From a virus (lineage: Duplodnaviria; Heunggongvirae; Uroviricota; Caudoviricetes): 64,000 nucleotides of DNA. The DNA is taken from IMG/VR virus record IMGVR_UViG_2880395615_000010; one strand, 5' to 3'. This document shows positions 21,927 through 31,038 of the stretch, one piece after another. Positions within the stretch are counted from its first letter, which is position 1; each line of letters opens with the position of its first letter. The notes beneath the pieces were generated by a model. The model was not told the DNA's origin. It was given only the letters and a program-made list of their open reading frames with translations, and ran no database searches. Position numbers and translations under genes: made by a program.

Positions 21927-23895
21927 TCACTCCTCCGGACAGCTTCGCTGCCAGTTCTTTCAGGGTTGGCCGGGTCGTCTCTTCTTCCCGGGATTTTGCC
22001 AGTACAGCCAGATCAAGCTGCCAGCGTTGCACGGACACACGTAATGCCGCGTAGGCATACACCAGGCAGTCCAGCGCTTCGTTACGCCGCTTTTTGTTAT
22101 CCCACAGCAGACGCATCTTTCCTTTTTCCCACTTCTCCACCAGCTCTTCCGCCACCAGTTGCTGCGCCTCTGTCTGCGAAAAAATCTCCGGATCATCAGG
22201 AAAACGGATGGCATACGACGTGGCTTCATCCGCAGGCGAGGGATCGGCTTTCATACGGGCATAGAGAATTTCTTTTGCGGTGTCCGTTCCCACTTCACAC
22301 AGATACACGCCCCGCTGATTGCGGGTTTTTGGCATGGTGATCACCGGCTTGCCATAGACAGATGCGCCTTTTACCGGCAGCACCCGGAAAACACCGTGTT
22401 TTTTTGATCTCTGATAAACAATTTCACCATCGATCCCCCCGGTGTCCCAGCAGACACGGGAAATAGTCATTTCGGTGCCATCCGCATGGCGGTATTTTTT
22501 GTTGATCGCCGCATCCACACGTAACAGCGTCTCTTCCTCATCAGGACGCCCCATAATGATGATTTTATCCACCAGAAAGGCTTCCTCTCCCGGAGCCCAT
22601 CCCCAGACATACATCTCAAAACGGTTTCGCTGCGAGTCAATGCCCGCCGTCAGATAAACCACCCGGGCAGGCACCGCCGCCGTGTAACGCACCACCTTAT
22701 CCATCAGTACCTGGTGATCGAGTTTTTCGCCCACGGCCTCTTCCCAGGTCTCGCCCAGCGTGGTGTTCACAAAGGTTTTCAGGCCGTTGGGATCTTTCAG
22801 TGCATCCAGCCAGTCATAGACAATCTGTACCCAGGTGGTGAACGGACTGTACGCCGTCCAGATATGGAACGTGATGGAGCGCGGCGGCGGAATTTCATCA
22901 CCCCGGGCGCTGAAAAACGTCAGACCGTCACGGGTCCACATGCCCGTGTTTTCACAGATCCACCGCCCGTTGCTCTGGTCCAGTTCAGACTGATGGATCA
23001 CGCAGCCATGATGTTCACAGAGGTAGAAAACACTTTCAGGGCTGTCCTTCTCCCATTTAAGCCCAAAAGGCGTGGACTCATCGCCAAATTTCAGATACTG
23101 CTCCTCCCCACAGTGCGGGCAGGGCACATAAAAACGCATAAAATGCGCCGACTCGTTAGCGGCTTTTTCGATCTGGCAGGTGCCTTTGATTTTAGGCGTC
23201 GAGCCGCGAATGGATTTTGGCCACACCGACCCCTCAATACGCTTATCCCCCAGCAGGGTTGGCGAGCCCTCTTTTTCGACATCCGGCTCGAACGAGGAAA
23301 GTTCGTCATAGCAGACCACGTCCACGGATTTTTCACGGTAGTTTTTGGCGGCAGCGCCGCCCAGGCACCAGAAACCGACGCCCGATGAAAAGCGTTTCAG
23401 CGTGAGAGTATTGTCACGATGTTTACGCCCCAGCCATGGGGAAAGGTCTTTCAGGCATGGCACGTTCCGAATCGTCGCCTCCACGTGAGACTTCATAAAA
23501 TCTTCAGCGGCAGAATCCGTGGGCTGAAAAAGCAGACTGTTTCGGGATTTATGCTCAATAAAATACCCGACCACCCCCAGCAACATCTTTGTATAGCCAA
23601 CACGGGCAGATTTAATCAGATTAACAGTGCGGATCTGATCATTCCCCATGCTGTTCATGATGGCGATCTGGAATGGCAGCGTTTTCCATTCGCCCTCACC
23701 ATATGAAGATTCTTTAGGCAGATAATAATTTTGATCAGCCCATTCAACTGGCGTCACCGGCAATGCCCTTATCAGGGGCTGTAATGCAGTTGTGACAGCG
23801 CTCATCATATTATTCAGTTGTTGCTCTGATATATTCATCAAGTAAATCCGGTAATTTATCCCCTGCCCGCGCACACTGATTTGCCCCCTTAGCAA
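21910..23895 (-). CDS. A: Terminase large subunit A
   Basis: About 640-660 aa at the lambda A position; true start may be the internal Met near 23838 overlapping the Nu1 3' end. Confidence 0.9.
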   Translation of the reverse strand: MLRGQISVRGQGINYRIYLMNISEQQLNNMMSAVTTALQPLIRALPVTPVEWADQNYYLPKESSYGEGEWKTLPFQIAIMNSMGNDQIRTVNLIKSARVGYTKMLLGVVGYFIEHKSRNSLLFQPTDSAAEDFMKSHVEATIRNVPCLKDLSPWLGRKHRDNTLTLKRFSSGVGFWCLGGAAAKNYREKSVDVVCYDELSSFEPDVEKEGSPTLLGDKRIEGSVWPKSIRGSTPKIKGTCQIEKAANESAHFMRFYVPCPHCGEEQYLKFGDESTPFGLKWEKDSPESVFYLCEHHGCVIHQSELDQSNGRWICENTGMWTRDGLTFFSARGDEIPPPRSITFHIWTAYSPFTTWVQIVYDWLDALKDPNGLKTFVNTTLGETWEEAVGEKLDHQVLMDKVVRYTAAVPARVVYLTAGIDSQRNRFEMYVWGWAPGEEAFLVDKIIIMGRPDEEETLLRVDAAINKKYRHADGTEMTISRVCWDTGGIDGEIVYQRSKKHGVFRVLPVKGASVYGKPVITMPKTRNQRGVYLCEVGTDTAKEILYARMKADPSPADEATSYAIRFPDDPEIFSQTEAQQLVAEELVEKWEKGKMRLLWDNKKRRNEALDCLVYAYAALRVSVQRWQLDLAVLAKSREEETTRPTLKELAAKLSGGVNGYSR

Positions 23896-24319
23896 TAAGG
23901 GTTTTCAGATGGTCAAGATGGCGCGGTGTTAAATCAGGAAACTGTCGCTGCATGGATAAAGGGATGGAATCAAGCGTACTGGATAACGCCATTGCCAGCT
24001 TACTGAGGGCAAAAATACAGAACCCGGTGTCAATCAGTTTTCCTTTTGACACCTCATTTTTTAACTGCTGTGTAACAGCCTGTTCTGCTGTCAGTTCCCA
24101 TCTGGCAATAAGCAATTTCTCTTCATAGTCTTCTTCGCTATCGCCATCAGGCACATCGTTTTTACTTCTTCTCAGATACGATATGTAAAAATCGCGCCAG
24201 GCATCCAGATCCAGTTGCCCTCGCTTATTCGAGACCGGGGCACCCGGTAATTTCTGCAATCTGCGAAGCTGGCGATCGGTCAGACTCAAATGCCTGGCAA
24301 CTTCAGTCTGCGTAGCCAC
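23810..24319 (-). CDS. Nu1: Terminase small subunit Nu1, 169 aa
   Basis: N-terminal HTH, C-terminal region resembling lambda Nu1 (...SMQRQFPDL...LDEYI). Confidence 0.8.
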   Translation of the reverse strand: MATQTEVARHLSLTDRQLRRLQKLPGAPVSNKRGQLDLDAWRDFYISYLRRSKNDVPDGDSEEDYEEKLLIARWELTAEQAVTQQLKNEVSKGKLIDTGFCIFALSKLAMALSSTLDSIPLSMQRQFPDLTPRHLDHLKTLIAKGANQCARAGDKLPDLLDEYIRATTE

Positions 24320-24359
24320 TCCTCACCTCGCAAAAACTCTTACCTCACAATCAGCACAA

Positions 24360-24514
24360 AACCGGTCATGTCCGGTTTACATGTCCGTTTTTTGCACATG
24401 TCCGGTTCACGGACAGCCTGTTTTTATATTTTTCATATAGTTAACTTGCAGAGAAACCGGACATGGATCCCGGAAAATTTTCATAAATAGCGAAAACCCG
24501 CGAGGTCGCCGCCC
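24360..24514. other. cos: cos site: cosN 12-nt cohesive end at 24503-24514 plus CATGTCCG repeats (candidate cosB)
   Basis: Reverse complement of 24461-24514 reads GGGCGGCGACCTCGCGGGTTTTCGCTATTTATGAAAATTTTCCG, matching the lambda left end as I remember it; four CATGTCCG copies at 24367-24466. Confidence 0.8.
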
Positions 24515-24713
24515 CGTAACCTGTCGGATCGCCGGAAAGGACCCGCAAAATGATAATAATTATCATCTACATATCACAACGTGCATCTACGCCATCAAAC
24601 CACGTCAAATAATCAATTATGACGCAGGTATCGTATTAATTGATCTGCGTCAAATTAACGTAAAAGCAACTTCAGATAATACAAATCAGCAACACTGAAT
24701 ATGGGGAAACATT

Positions 24714-24899
24714 ATGTCATCAAAGAACAGAACCCGCAGAACAACAACCCGCAACATCCGATTTCCAAACCAGATGATTGAACAAATTAACATCGCTCTT
24801 GATCTGAAAGGTTCAGGAAACTTTTCAGCGTGGGTTATTGAAGCCTGCAGAAGAAGGCTGTCAACAGAGAGTTCGGGTATGAATTACATAATTAAGTAA
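24714..24899 (+). CDS. Small ribbon-helix-helix-like protein conserved at the lambda right end, 61 aa
   Basis: MSSKNRTRRTTTRNIRFPNQMIEQINIALDLKGSGNFSAWVIEACRRRL; SD GGGGA upstream. Confidence 0.5.
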   Translation: MSSKNRTRRTTTRNIRFPNQMIEQINIALDLKGSGNFSAWVIEACRRRLSTESSGMNYIIK

Positions 24900-25523
24900 C
24901 ATGGTGTTCACAGAACACGCAGTTACCGGACACATCAGTTTTCCATTCGCTCCCCGGCAGTACAGGCTTCCCCTCTGACGGGATAGCCTGAAAAAATAAC
25001 ACAGAAAATTATTTGTTATAATTAATATAACTTACTCAAAAAAAAAGCGACGAGAAAATCAGCATCAACGAACAATAAGCGCCAATACGTGATAACAAAT
25101 GGCAGCCATATTTATCTGCAGTATAAGCAATGGACAGGATAACCACACCAGAAACCGTCAGCATAAAATCCATTTGAACTTCCCCGGACAAAATCGACTC
25201 ATCTAAAGATTTACAGCTCTTTTTATTATCAATATGTTAAAAGTAAAATAAACAGATGTTCAATAACACGAATACAAAAACGTGCTGAAATTCAATGAAT
25301 CCATTTCTGTGTCATCAATTAATAGTGATAAACATCCGGCTTCTTCCACCATCGCACCGGACAGGCGACTATGAGGGGACAACGCCGCGCTCCGTTAACG
25401 CGGTAAACCCCGGTGTGTATCGTTTTTGATTATCCCCGCACACTCGCGCAGAGGAGTCTCCCTGTCGGGCTGCGGTCTCTGTTAATGAGGGAATACAGCG
25501 ACGATACGGCGCATCAACAAAAC

Positions 25524-25991
25524 TTATTTCAGGCACTGAGTGCGGATATAGTCCTGTGCCCCTTCCAGTTGCTTGTGCATCGTCATCAGCCGCTCTCTGA
25601 GGGTGAAATAATCCCGTGTAACGGTGTCTGCCAGTTGGGGGCCGGTTGCATTATCCACGCCGGAGGTGGTGGGGGCTTCACGCACGGAGCCTGGACAGGT
25701 GGCGTTGATCCGCAGGCGCTTACGACCAGCGGCAACGTCAGCGCGAAGAGTTTCATTTTCAGCTCTCGCATCGGCTAATTCCCTCGAGTATCTGGCATCA
25801 AGTGCAGCAACATCACGCTGGCGCTGCTGCATATCAGTAATGGTTGCATTTGCCTGCTCCAGCTCACTGACTTTTTTATCGCGCTGCTCTTTGTAGGTTA
25901 TGGCGTTATCACGGTAATGATTCAGCCCCAGACTAAGCGCACCACAGGCCACCAGCAGGGCAATGATGACCACGCACAGTACGCGGTTCAT
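25524..25991 (-). CDS. Rz: Spanin inner-membrane subunit Rz, 155 aa
   Basis: N-terminal TM segment, coiled-coil body, lambda Rz-like sequence. Confidence 0.85.
   Translation of the reverse strand: MNRVLCVVIIALLVACGALSLGLNHYRDNAITYKEQRDKKVSELEQANATITDMQQRQRDVAALDARYSRELADARAENETLRADVAAGRKRLRINATCPGSVREAPTTSGVDNATGPQLADTVTRDYFTLRERLMTMHKQLEGAQDYIRTQCLK
25586..25756 (-). CDS. Rz1: Spanin outer-membrane lipoprotein Rz1, embedded in Rz in another frame
   Basis: MKLFALTLPLVVSAC lipobox followed by CVKPPPPPAWIMQP proline-rich segment. Confidence 0.75.
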   Translation of the reverse strand: MKLFALTLPLVVSACGSTPPVQAPCVKPPPPPAWIMQPAPNWQTPLHGIISPSESG

Positions 25992-26289
25992 TTCACCACC
26001 AGCGTATCTGACCGATGAAATAACCGGAGGCCATAATCACAAACACCAGCCAGATAAGAATGAACTTCCAGGTGGATAATTTTTCAGCCATCACTCGAAT
26101 CTCCCGAATCAGTTTGCTAAAATCAAACACACTTTCTCCTTTGACTTTTCCAGAGTCAGGAAACACAAAACCCCGCTTGCAGCCAACAAACGGGGTTTTT
26201 ACTTTTATTCACTTAGTTTTTGTCAGTTCGCAGGATTTCGTGTTATCCGTCCGTGTGAGCAAACCGCATTTTTCAGCAAAATATTCTGC

Positions 26290-26823
26290 TTATCTGTCAA
26301 TTCCCCAGCACGCCAGCGCACTCTCCTGGTCGCGACGGGATACCTGACCGTAACAGTTGTTTGAGCGAATACGGCAGTCTCTGCCACCGTCCTTAATCCA
26401 CCAGCGAATCGCCTCACACGCCCCCCTGCGATCGCCTGCATTAATTCGTTTATAAAACGTCGACGGGAAACACTTACCGGGGCCAATGTTGTACGGACAG
26501 AATGACGCAATCCCCGCTTTCTGTGGTTCGGTCAATGGCACTTTGATGTTTTTCTCCACCCATGCCAGCGCCTTATTACGCTCAATGGCGTTAACCTGAG
26601 CGCATTTTGCCTTCGACAACTTCATGCCTGGAACAACAGGTTTACCATCCACCATGATGGCACCACGGCAGATGGTCCAGATCCCCGCACCATCACGGTA
26701 TGCCGTGGTGTGGTTACCTTCCTTTTCATCCAGAAACTGGTCGAGAATATCAGGCGCAGGCGCACCAGCGGCAATCAGCGCCAGAACGGCAGCCGACAGG
26801 CCGTATTTGATTTTGGTGTTCAT
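26290..26823 (-). CDS. R: Endolysin, lysozyme type with N-terminal signal-anchor-release (SAR) domain, 177 aa
   Basis: Hydrophobic Gly/Ala-rich N-terminus then E..D..T catalytic spacing (EGNHTTAYRDGAGIWTICRG). Confidence 0.85.
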   Translation of the reverse strand: MNTKIKYGLSAAVLALIAAGAPAPDILDQFLDEKEGNHTTAYRDGAGIWTICRGAIMVDGKPVVPGMKLSKAKCAQVNAIERNKALAWVEKNIKVPLTEPQKAGIASFCPYNIGPGKCFPSTFYKRINAGDRRGACEAIRWWIKDGGRDCRIRSNNCYGQVSRRDQESALACWGIDR

Positions 26824-26865
26824 GGATATTTATCAGGATTTATCGGCAACAGATAACGAGCCAGC

Positions 26866-27855
26866 TTATATACGTCCTTTAAGATAAGTCAGTCCTGGAT
26901 GAAACCAGTAAGCCGGCACTTTTTTAAAGGGCGGATTATCAAAATCACGAAGAAGAGCCTCCCGCACAACTGCATCCTTGTCCGCACCACTGGCCAGCGC
27001 TTCAATCTCAGCAGCTATCTGCAGATATCCCATGCAACGACCAATGCACTTCATCAGCCCCTGCTTTTTATTGTTCTTCAGGTAATCAATGGCAAATTCA
27101 ATGAGCTCCTCACTATGCTGGTGCGATGGCGGTGTTACTTTTCCATTTTCTGAGATGGTTATTTTCCCAGCATCACCGGATACAACAAAGGATGGCCGGT
27201 TACACTCCCATTCCAGGTCACTGAAATTATCATTATGAATACTGAAACACTCTGCGAGATTTCTGCTCATCACTTTCCGGCAATAATCGTAAAACGCAGC
27301 AAACTGCTCATCGCGGCGTTTTTTTTCAGGCTGCTGAAGATGCTCTTTCAACCATGAAGCGCAGCTTAGATTCGCCGCGCGATCAGGAATAGCTTCTTTC
27401 ATTTCGTCTGCTGCAAGCACCTCATTTTTTGTTGGGGTGCTTTTTTTCAATTCAGCGATATAGCACTCCAGTTTTTCAATACGCGATTCAACATCATCTT
27501 TTTCTGACCGCAGTGTTGACGGCGGCATCTTCAGAGAACAAGTAATTCTTCCCGGTAGCTTTCCTTTGTAGGTTATCAATACATCCTGCGCATCTAAAAT
27601 TACGGGGCGCTTTTCCGGTGACGGTTCATCCCCTTCGCATAACCCGGCAACAATATCCATGAAAAACTGCTTCGCCTGTTTTTTCGCCTCAGCTTCGTAG
27701 AACTCCAGCGTGGCACCTTCAGTACGGTCAAGACTAATCGCCACATGTGGCAACAACAACGACGGATGCCCGCCAATTTCAAGTGCCACAGTAACAGCAA
27801 TCTTATCCGGGTAATTATTTATCTCTTTAACAACCAGTTCGTATTTTTTCTTCAT
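26866..27855 (-). CDS. Uncharacterised 329-aa protein inserted between holin and endolysin
   Basis: Uninterrupted ORF tightly packed between S and R; no family recognised; no TM segments evident. Confidence 0.6.
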   Translation of the reverse strand: MKKKYELVVKEINNYPDKIAVTVALEIGGHPSLLLPHVAISLDRTEGATLEFYEAEAKKQAKQFFMDIVAGLCEGDEPSPEKRPVILDAQDVLITYKGKLPGRITCSLKMPPSTLRSEKDDVESRIEKLECYIAELKKSTPTKNEVLAADEMKEAIPDRAANLSCASWLKEHLQQPEKKRRDEQFAAFYDYCRKVMSRNLAECFSIHNDNFSDLEWECNRPSFVVSGDAGKITISENGKVTPPSHQHSEELIEFAIDYLKNNKKQGLMKCIGRCMGYLQIAAEIEALASGADKDAVVREALLRDFDNPPFKKVPAYWFHPGLTYLKGRI

Positions 27856-27859
27856 CGCT

Positions 27860-28066
27860 TTAGTCTCCCCGCGCCGTCTTACGGCGGTCCTCCCTGATTT
27901 TGAAATACAGGTTAGTCAGATACGTCAGCAGGCCAAACAGCAGACTCCCCAGTACACCTATTGCCACCCACTGGGACGGAGAGACTTTGTCCAGCAGCTG
28001 CAGTAACCAGTATCCCGTCCCCACCGCTGACGTGGTGTATGACACACCCGTTGTGATTTTTTCCAT
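27860..28066 (-). CDS. S: Class II holin (phage 21 S-like pinholin), about 68 aa
   Basis: [63 protein letters not shown] resembles S21; the ORF-track start at 28135 may give a longer form. Confidence 0.8.
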   Translation of the reverse strand: MEKITTGVSYTTSAVGTGYWLLQLLDKVSPSQWVAIGVLGSLLFGLLTYLTNLYFKIREDRRKTARGD

Positions 28067-28321
28067 CTGATGTATGTCTCCGTCACCGCCGACAGAAAAT
28101 GAAAGTAAAGGAAAACAAAAAGCCGCCAGTGTCACCCACTGACGGCCAACTCCGGGAGCCGTGATTATGGCATTCAGGCTCTGCTAAAAATGCCAGATAA
28201 CATTCCGACCAACCCCTGATTCAGGTTATAAATGACACAATATCTTGACAACATCCGTCACTGTCTGTCAGAAAATGTACTGCTAAATATAAGTATCATG
28301 TGAAGTACATCTACCCGTTTT

Positions 28322-28357
28322 AGCCAGCGTCCTTCAGAGTGGGCGCTGGCTTTTTTT
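28322..28357 (+). terminator. Intrinsic-terminator-like hairpin with T7 tract (plus-strand orientation)
   Basis: 8-bp stem agccagcg/cgctggct, 14-nt loop, then ttttttt. Confidence 0.4.
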
Positions 28358-28358
28358 A

Positions 28359-28733
28359 TTATGCTGCCGGTGCATTTATCTCCAGCATCAGACTTTCTAT
28401 CTCAACGCCATACGCTGCATTTTTTGTAACATCCGTCAGCGTCAGCGCATTCAGTCCCAGTGTCAGACTGTCTTTTATAACCTGGAATGCCGGGCCAGCC
28501 ACTCCATTCAGTTTCGGAGTAACCGTGGCACTGCCGGCGGTGAACACCAGCTCCAGCGTCTGCCAGTCGTTACCGTAATCGCCGAACTCCCCCAGCTTCG
28601 TGTTTCCGGCTTTCCTGTGATGCATCAGATTCACTCTGCCGTCAGTGGTCTGAGTGAAGTACGACATCAGGAACGGATCCCCCCAGCAGCTCATCCAGAA
28701 TGGCATCCACTTCAGCATCAAGACGCGCCTCAA
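28359..28733 (-). pseudogene. C-terminal fragment paralogous to the 217-aa protein at 29202-29855
   Basis: Translation ...AGNTKLGEFGDYGNDWQTLELVFTAG...VTPKLNG aligns with the C-terminal about 100 aa of the upstream protein; N-terminal part missing. Confidence 0.4.
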
Positions 28734-28833
28734 GATTCTGGCGGAGTTGCTGTTTCAGTGCGCTTCTGACTTCTTCAGAGCGCAGGACGTCCTTCACTGC
28801 TTCAGCAGTGACCAGAGATTTTATTTCTGACAT
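28642..28833 (-). CDS. Small charged helical protein, 63 aa
   Basis: MSEIKSLVTAEAVKDVLRSEEVRSALKQQLRQNLEARL...; 3' end overlaps the fragment above out of frame. Confidence 0.3.
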   Translation of the reverse strand: MSEIKSLVTAEAVKDVLRSEEVRSALKQQLRQNLEARLDAEVDAILDELLGGSVPDVVLHSDH

Positions 28834-29201
28834 GGGATTTTCTCGTTGAAAGGTGTTGTTAAGAAAGTTGCTACGAAATGAGAGGCTCTTCGGGTTTTGT
28901 TCCGGCTGACTGGCTGGCGCTGATTTTTTCCGCCGCCGCGGCATCAATCTTTTTGCGTATATAGTTCCGGATAACCTTATACCCGCCACTTACCAGATAT
29001 AACGTGCACACCACCGTGCAGAAATACAATAAAATAAGCTGTACAAATCTCATTATCCCTCCCGGTTATTGATATGGTGTTGACATCGTTAATACCTGTT
29101 GGTTAAAAAAGTGTCCTGCATGTTTTGCTTTGGATATAACGACATTTGCCGCCGGTTCTGGCTCCTTGTTTTCCCTGCCCCGGCGGCCTTTTTTTTCCTG
29201 C

Positions 29202-29855
29202 TTACGGGTTATTCACTTCCACTGTTATACTTTCAATCAGCACCGGATATGTCGCACCGCTAGTGATATCGGTCACGCGCAATTTGTCTGCCGTAAACGT
29301 GCCGACCGGTGACTGTGACAGCATGAACGGCGTCCCGTCCTTACCATCAATGACCGGCGTCACCTCAATACTGTTGTTACCGGCAAAACGGAAGCCCAGC
29401 GTATGCCATTCGTTATCAAATGCGCCGAATGACCCCAGCTTCGTGTTCTGACCAGCATTTCCCTTGTAGTACATCACATTAAGGTCTGTGGCATCGCTCT
29501 GTACGTAAAACGACGCCAGCAGGTTATGACCGGCATTACCTTCCAGTGTGACGCCCTGAGGCAGTGAAGAAACCGGCCAGTACAGCGCCAGTGCGTACTG
29601 ATTAGCTGTCAGTATGCCATCAACTTTAAAACGACAACTGATAAGCCCGCCCTTCTCCAGCAGGTCTGCGCCATTACCGGCATCATGCTGCATAAACCAC
29701 GAGGAACTTCCTGTCTGTTTGGTCCACCTCAGCGCCTTACCTCCTGCAGCACCTGCATCATCAACTACCAATGCACGCCCTCCTTCAGCTCCCCATCCCT
29801 GCGGATTCAGTAAACCACCTGACTCTGTTGCACGGTAATAAAGCAGCGTTGTCAC
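29202..29855 (-). CDS. Conserved prophage protein, 217 aa (possible beta-sandwich/carbohydrate-binding type)
   Basis: ATGA overlap with the upstream DUF1737-like gene; paralogous fragment downstream. Confidence 0.55.
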   Translation of the reverse strand: MTTLLYYRATESGGLLNPQGWGAEGGRALVVDDAGAAGGKALRWTKQTGSSSWFMQHDAGNGADLLEKGGLISCRFKVDGILTANQYALALYWPVSSLPQGVTLEGNAGHNLLASFYVQSDATDLNVMYYKGNAGQNTKLGSFGAFDNEWHTLGFRFAGNNSIEVTPVIDGKDGTPFMLSQSPVGTFTADKLRVTDITSGATYPVLIESITVEVNNP

Positions 29856-30085
29856 TGATTTCCCGTCCGTTGGCCACCATCCCCCGTGCCGGGCACAACC
29901 ACTGGCGTGGTCACATCCCCCTCCGCGGCAATCGCCTGCATCAGGGTATAAGGGGTTATGGCCACCGGACTACCAAACGGCTGCCAGCCCTCTTTCAGTT
30001 TGTGTGTCAGCTTTTCCGCAAGCTCTGACGGCGACGCCGCCTTGACAACATCATAGTGTTTAAATGCCATGGTTCTTTCCACCAT
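29852..30085 (-). CDS. Small DUF1737-like protein, 77 aa
   Basis: Resembles the small proteins found near the stx/nanS-p locus of lambdoid phages (from memory); coupled to the next gene. Confidence 0.5.
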   Translation of the reverse strand: MVERTMAFKHYDVVKAASPSELAEKLTHKLKEGWQPFGSPVAITPYTLMQAIAAEGDVTTPVVVPGTGDGGQRTGNQ

Positions 30086-30321
30086 CTAAAAAATAATTCT
30101 TTAAGATACCTGACATGTAATACACAAAACCACACCTTAAATAAAAACCTCATCATAAAGCAGATATGCATGGATAAACTACAAGACGAGGTATAAACCA
30201 CCCTGCATTTAAATAAATAATAAACAACATCAGAAAAATAATTCTGCCCTATGGTTTACATTCAAAATTATCATTTATACTTTTCAGAACAACACCAGCA
30301 AGGCATAAACAAGGAAACTAA

Positions 30322-30657
30322 ATGAAGTGGATTGTGATTGATACAGTTATCCAGCCATCATGCGGAATATCTTTTTCAGTCATATGGAGTAAAATAAAAT
30401 TAATAATCTGGTATCAATCGGATGCTTTCTTACCTCCTGAAAGTATATTTACACTGACTCACACAGGTATCATGCTCAATAACAAAGTGCTACCTGTAAC
30501 CATTTACAACGTAGTACCATTCAATAAAACATTCTGGAATTTAATCAAAAACAGCCAGGAATGCCCTACAAATACAGATAACGTATTGAATGAATGCTTT
30601 AATAACCGTTGCACTCTGCAAATATGTCCTTATGGACTAAAACAGCAAAGTCCATAA
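30322..30657 (+). CDS. Hypothetical AT-rich cysteine-containing protein, 111 aa
   Basis: SD AAGGA 7 nt upstream of ATG; candidate -35 TTTACA / -10 TATACT upstream; opposite strand to all flanking phage genes. Confidence 0.45.
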   Translation: MKWIVIDTVIQPSCGISFSVIWSKIKLIIWYQSDAFLPPESIFTLTHTGIMLNNKVLPVTIYNVVPFNKTFWNLIKNSQECPTNTDNVLNECFNNRCTLQICPYGLKQQSP

Positions 30658-30699
30658 GGAGTTTACTCACATCTGACAAAATCAATATAAACAGCCCCT

Positions 30700-30722
30700 C
30701 CGGAGAGGGGCTGGAGAGTGGC
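30700..30722 (-). terminator. Hairpin likely terminating the tRNA transcript
   Basis: cagcccctctccggaggggctg followed by a T-rich tract on the minus strand. Confidence 0.4.
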
Positions 30723-30948
30723 GCTATGTGCCATTGCATGGTGCCGGGTGCCTCCCGGTGAATTCAGTACCAGCACCTGAATCCGCGATTATCCCATATA
30801 CCTACTCGCTGATTGCCCCTCCGCACAGGGGGATTCACCATGCCAGTTTCTTTTAACAAACTCCCCGCAAACCAGACAACAGTCAACCGCCTGAATTGTG
30901 AGACATTTAAAAAAAAAGCCCGCAAAAGCGAGCCAGGGAAAATAAGTG

Positions 30949-31025
30949 TGGCGCGTTGTACTGGATTCGAACCAGTGACCGATTGCTTAGAAGGCAATTG
31001 CTCTGTCCGGCTGAGCTAACAACGC
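30949..31025 (-). tRNA. argO: tRNA-Arg (anticodon UCU)
   Basis: Perfect cloverleaf: acceptor gcgttgt/acaacgc, anticodon loop CTTCTAA, T-loop TTCGAAT, encoded CCA. Confidence 0.8.
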
Positions 31026-31038
31026 AGGATACAGATAA

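Noticed and set aside
25030-25170. About 45-aa minus-strand hydrophobic ORF (MDFMLTVSGVVILSIAYT...)
   Set aside because: No convincing SD and below the size where I can separate it from chance; kept out of the feature list.
29860-30950. Search for stx A/B subunit genes downstream of the phage tRNAs
   Set aside because: No ORF of the expected size or orientation; the interval holds only the plus-strand 111-aa ORF and non-coding sequence.
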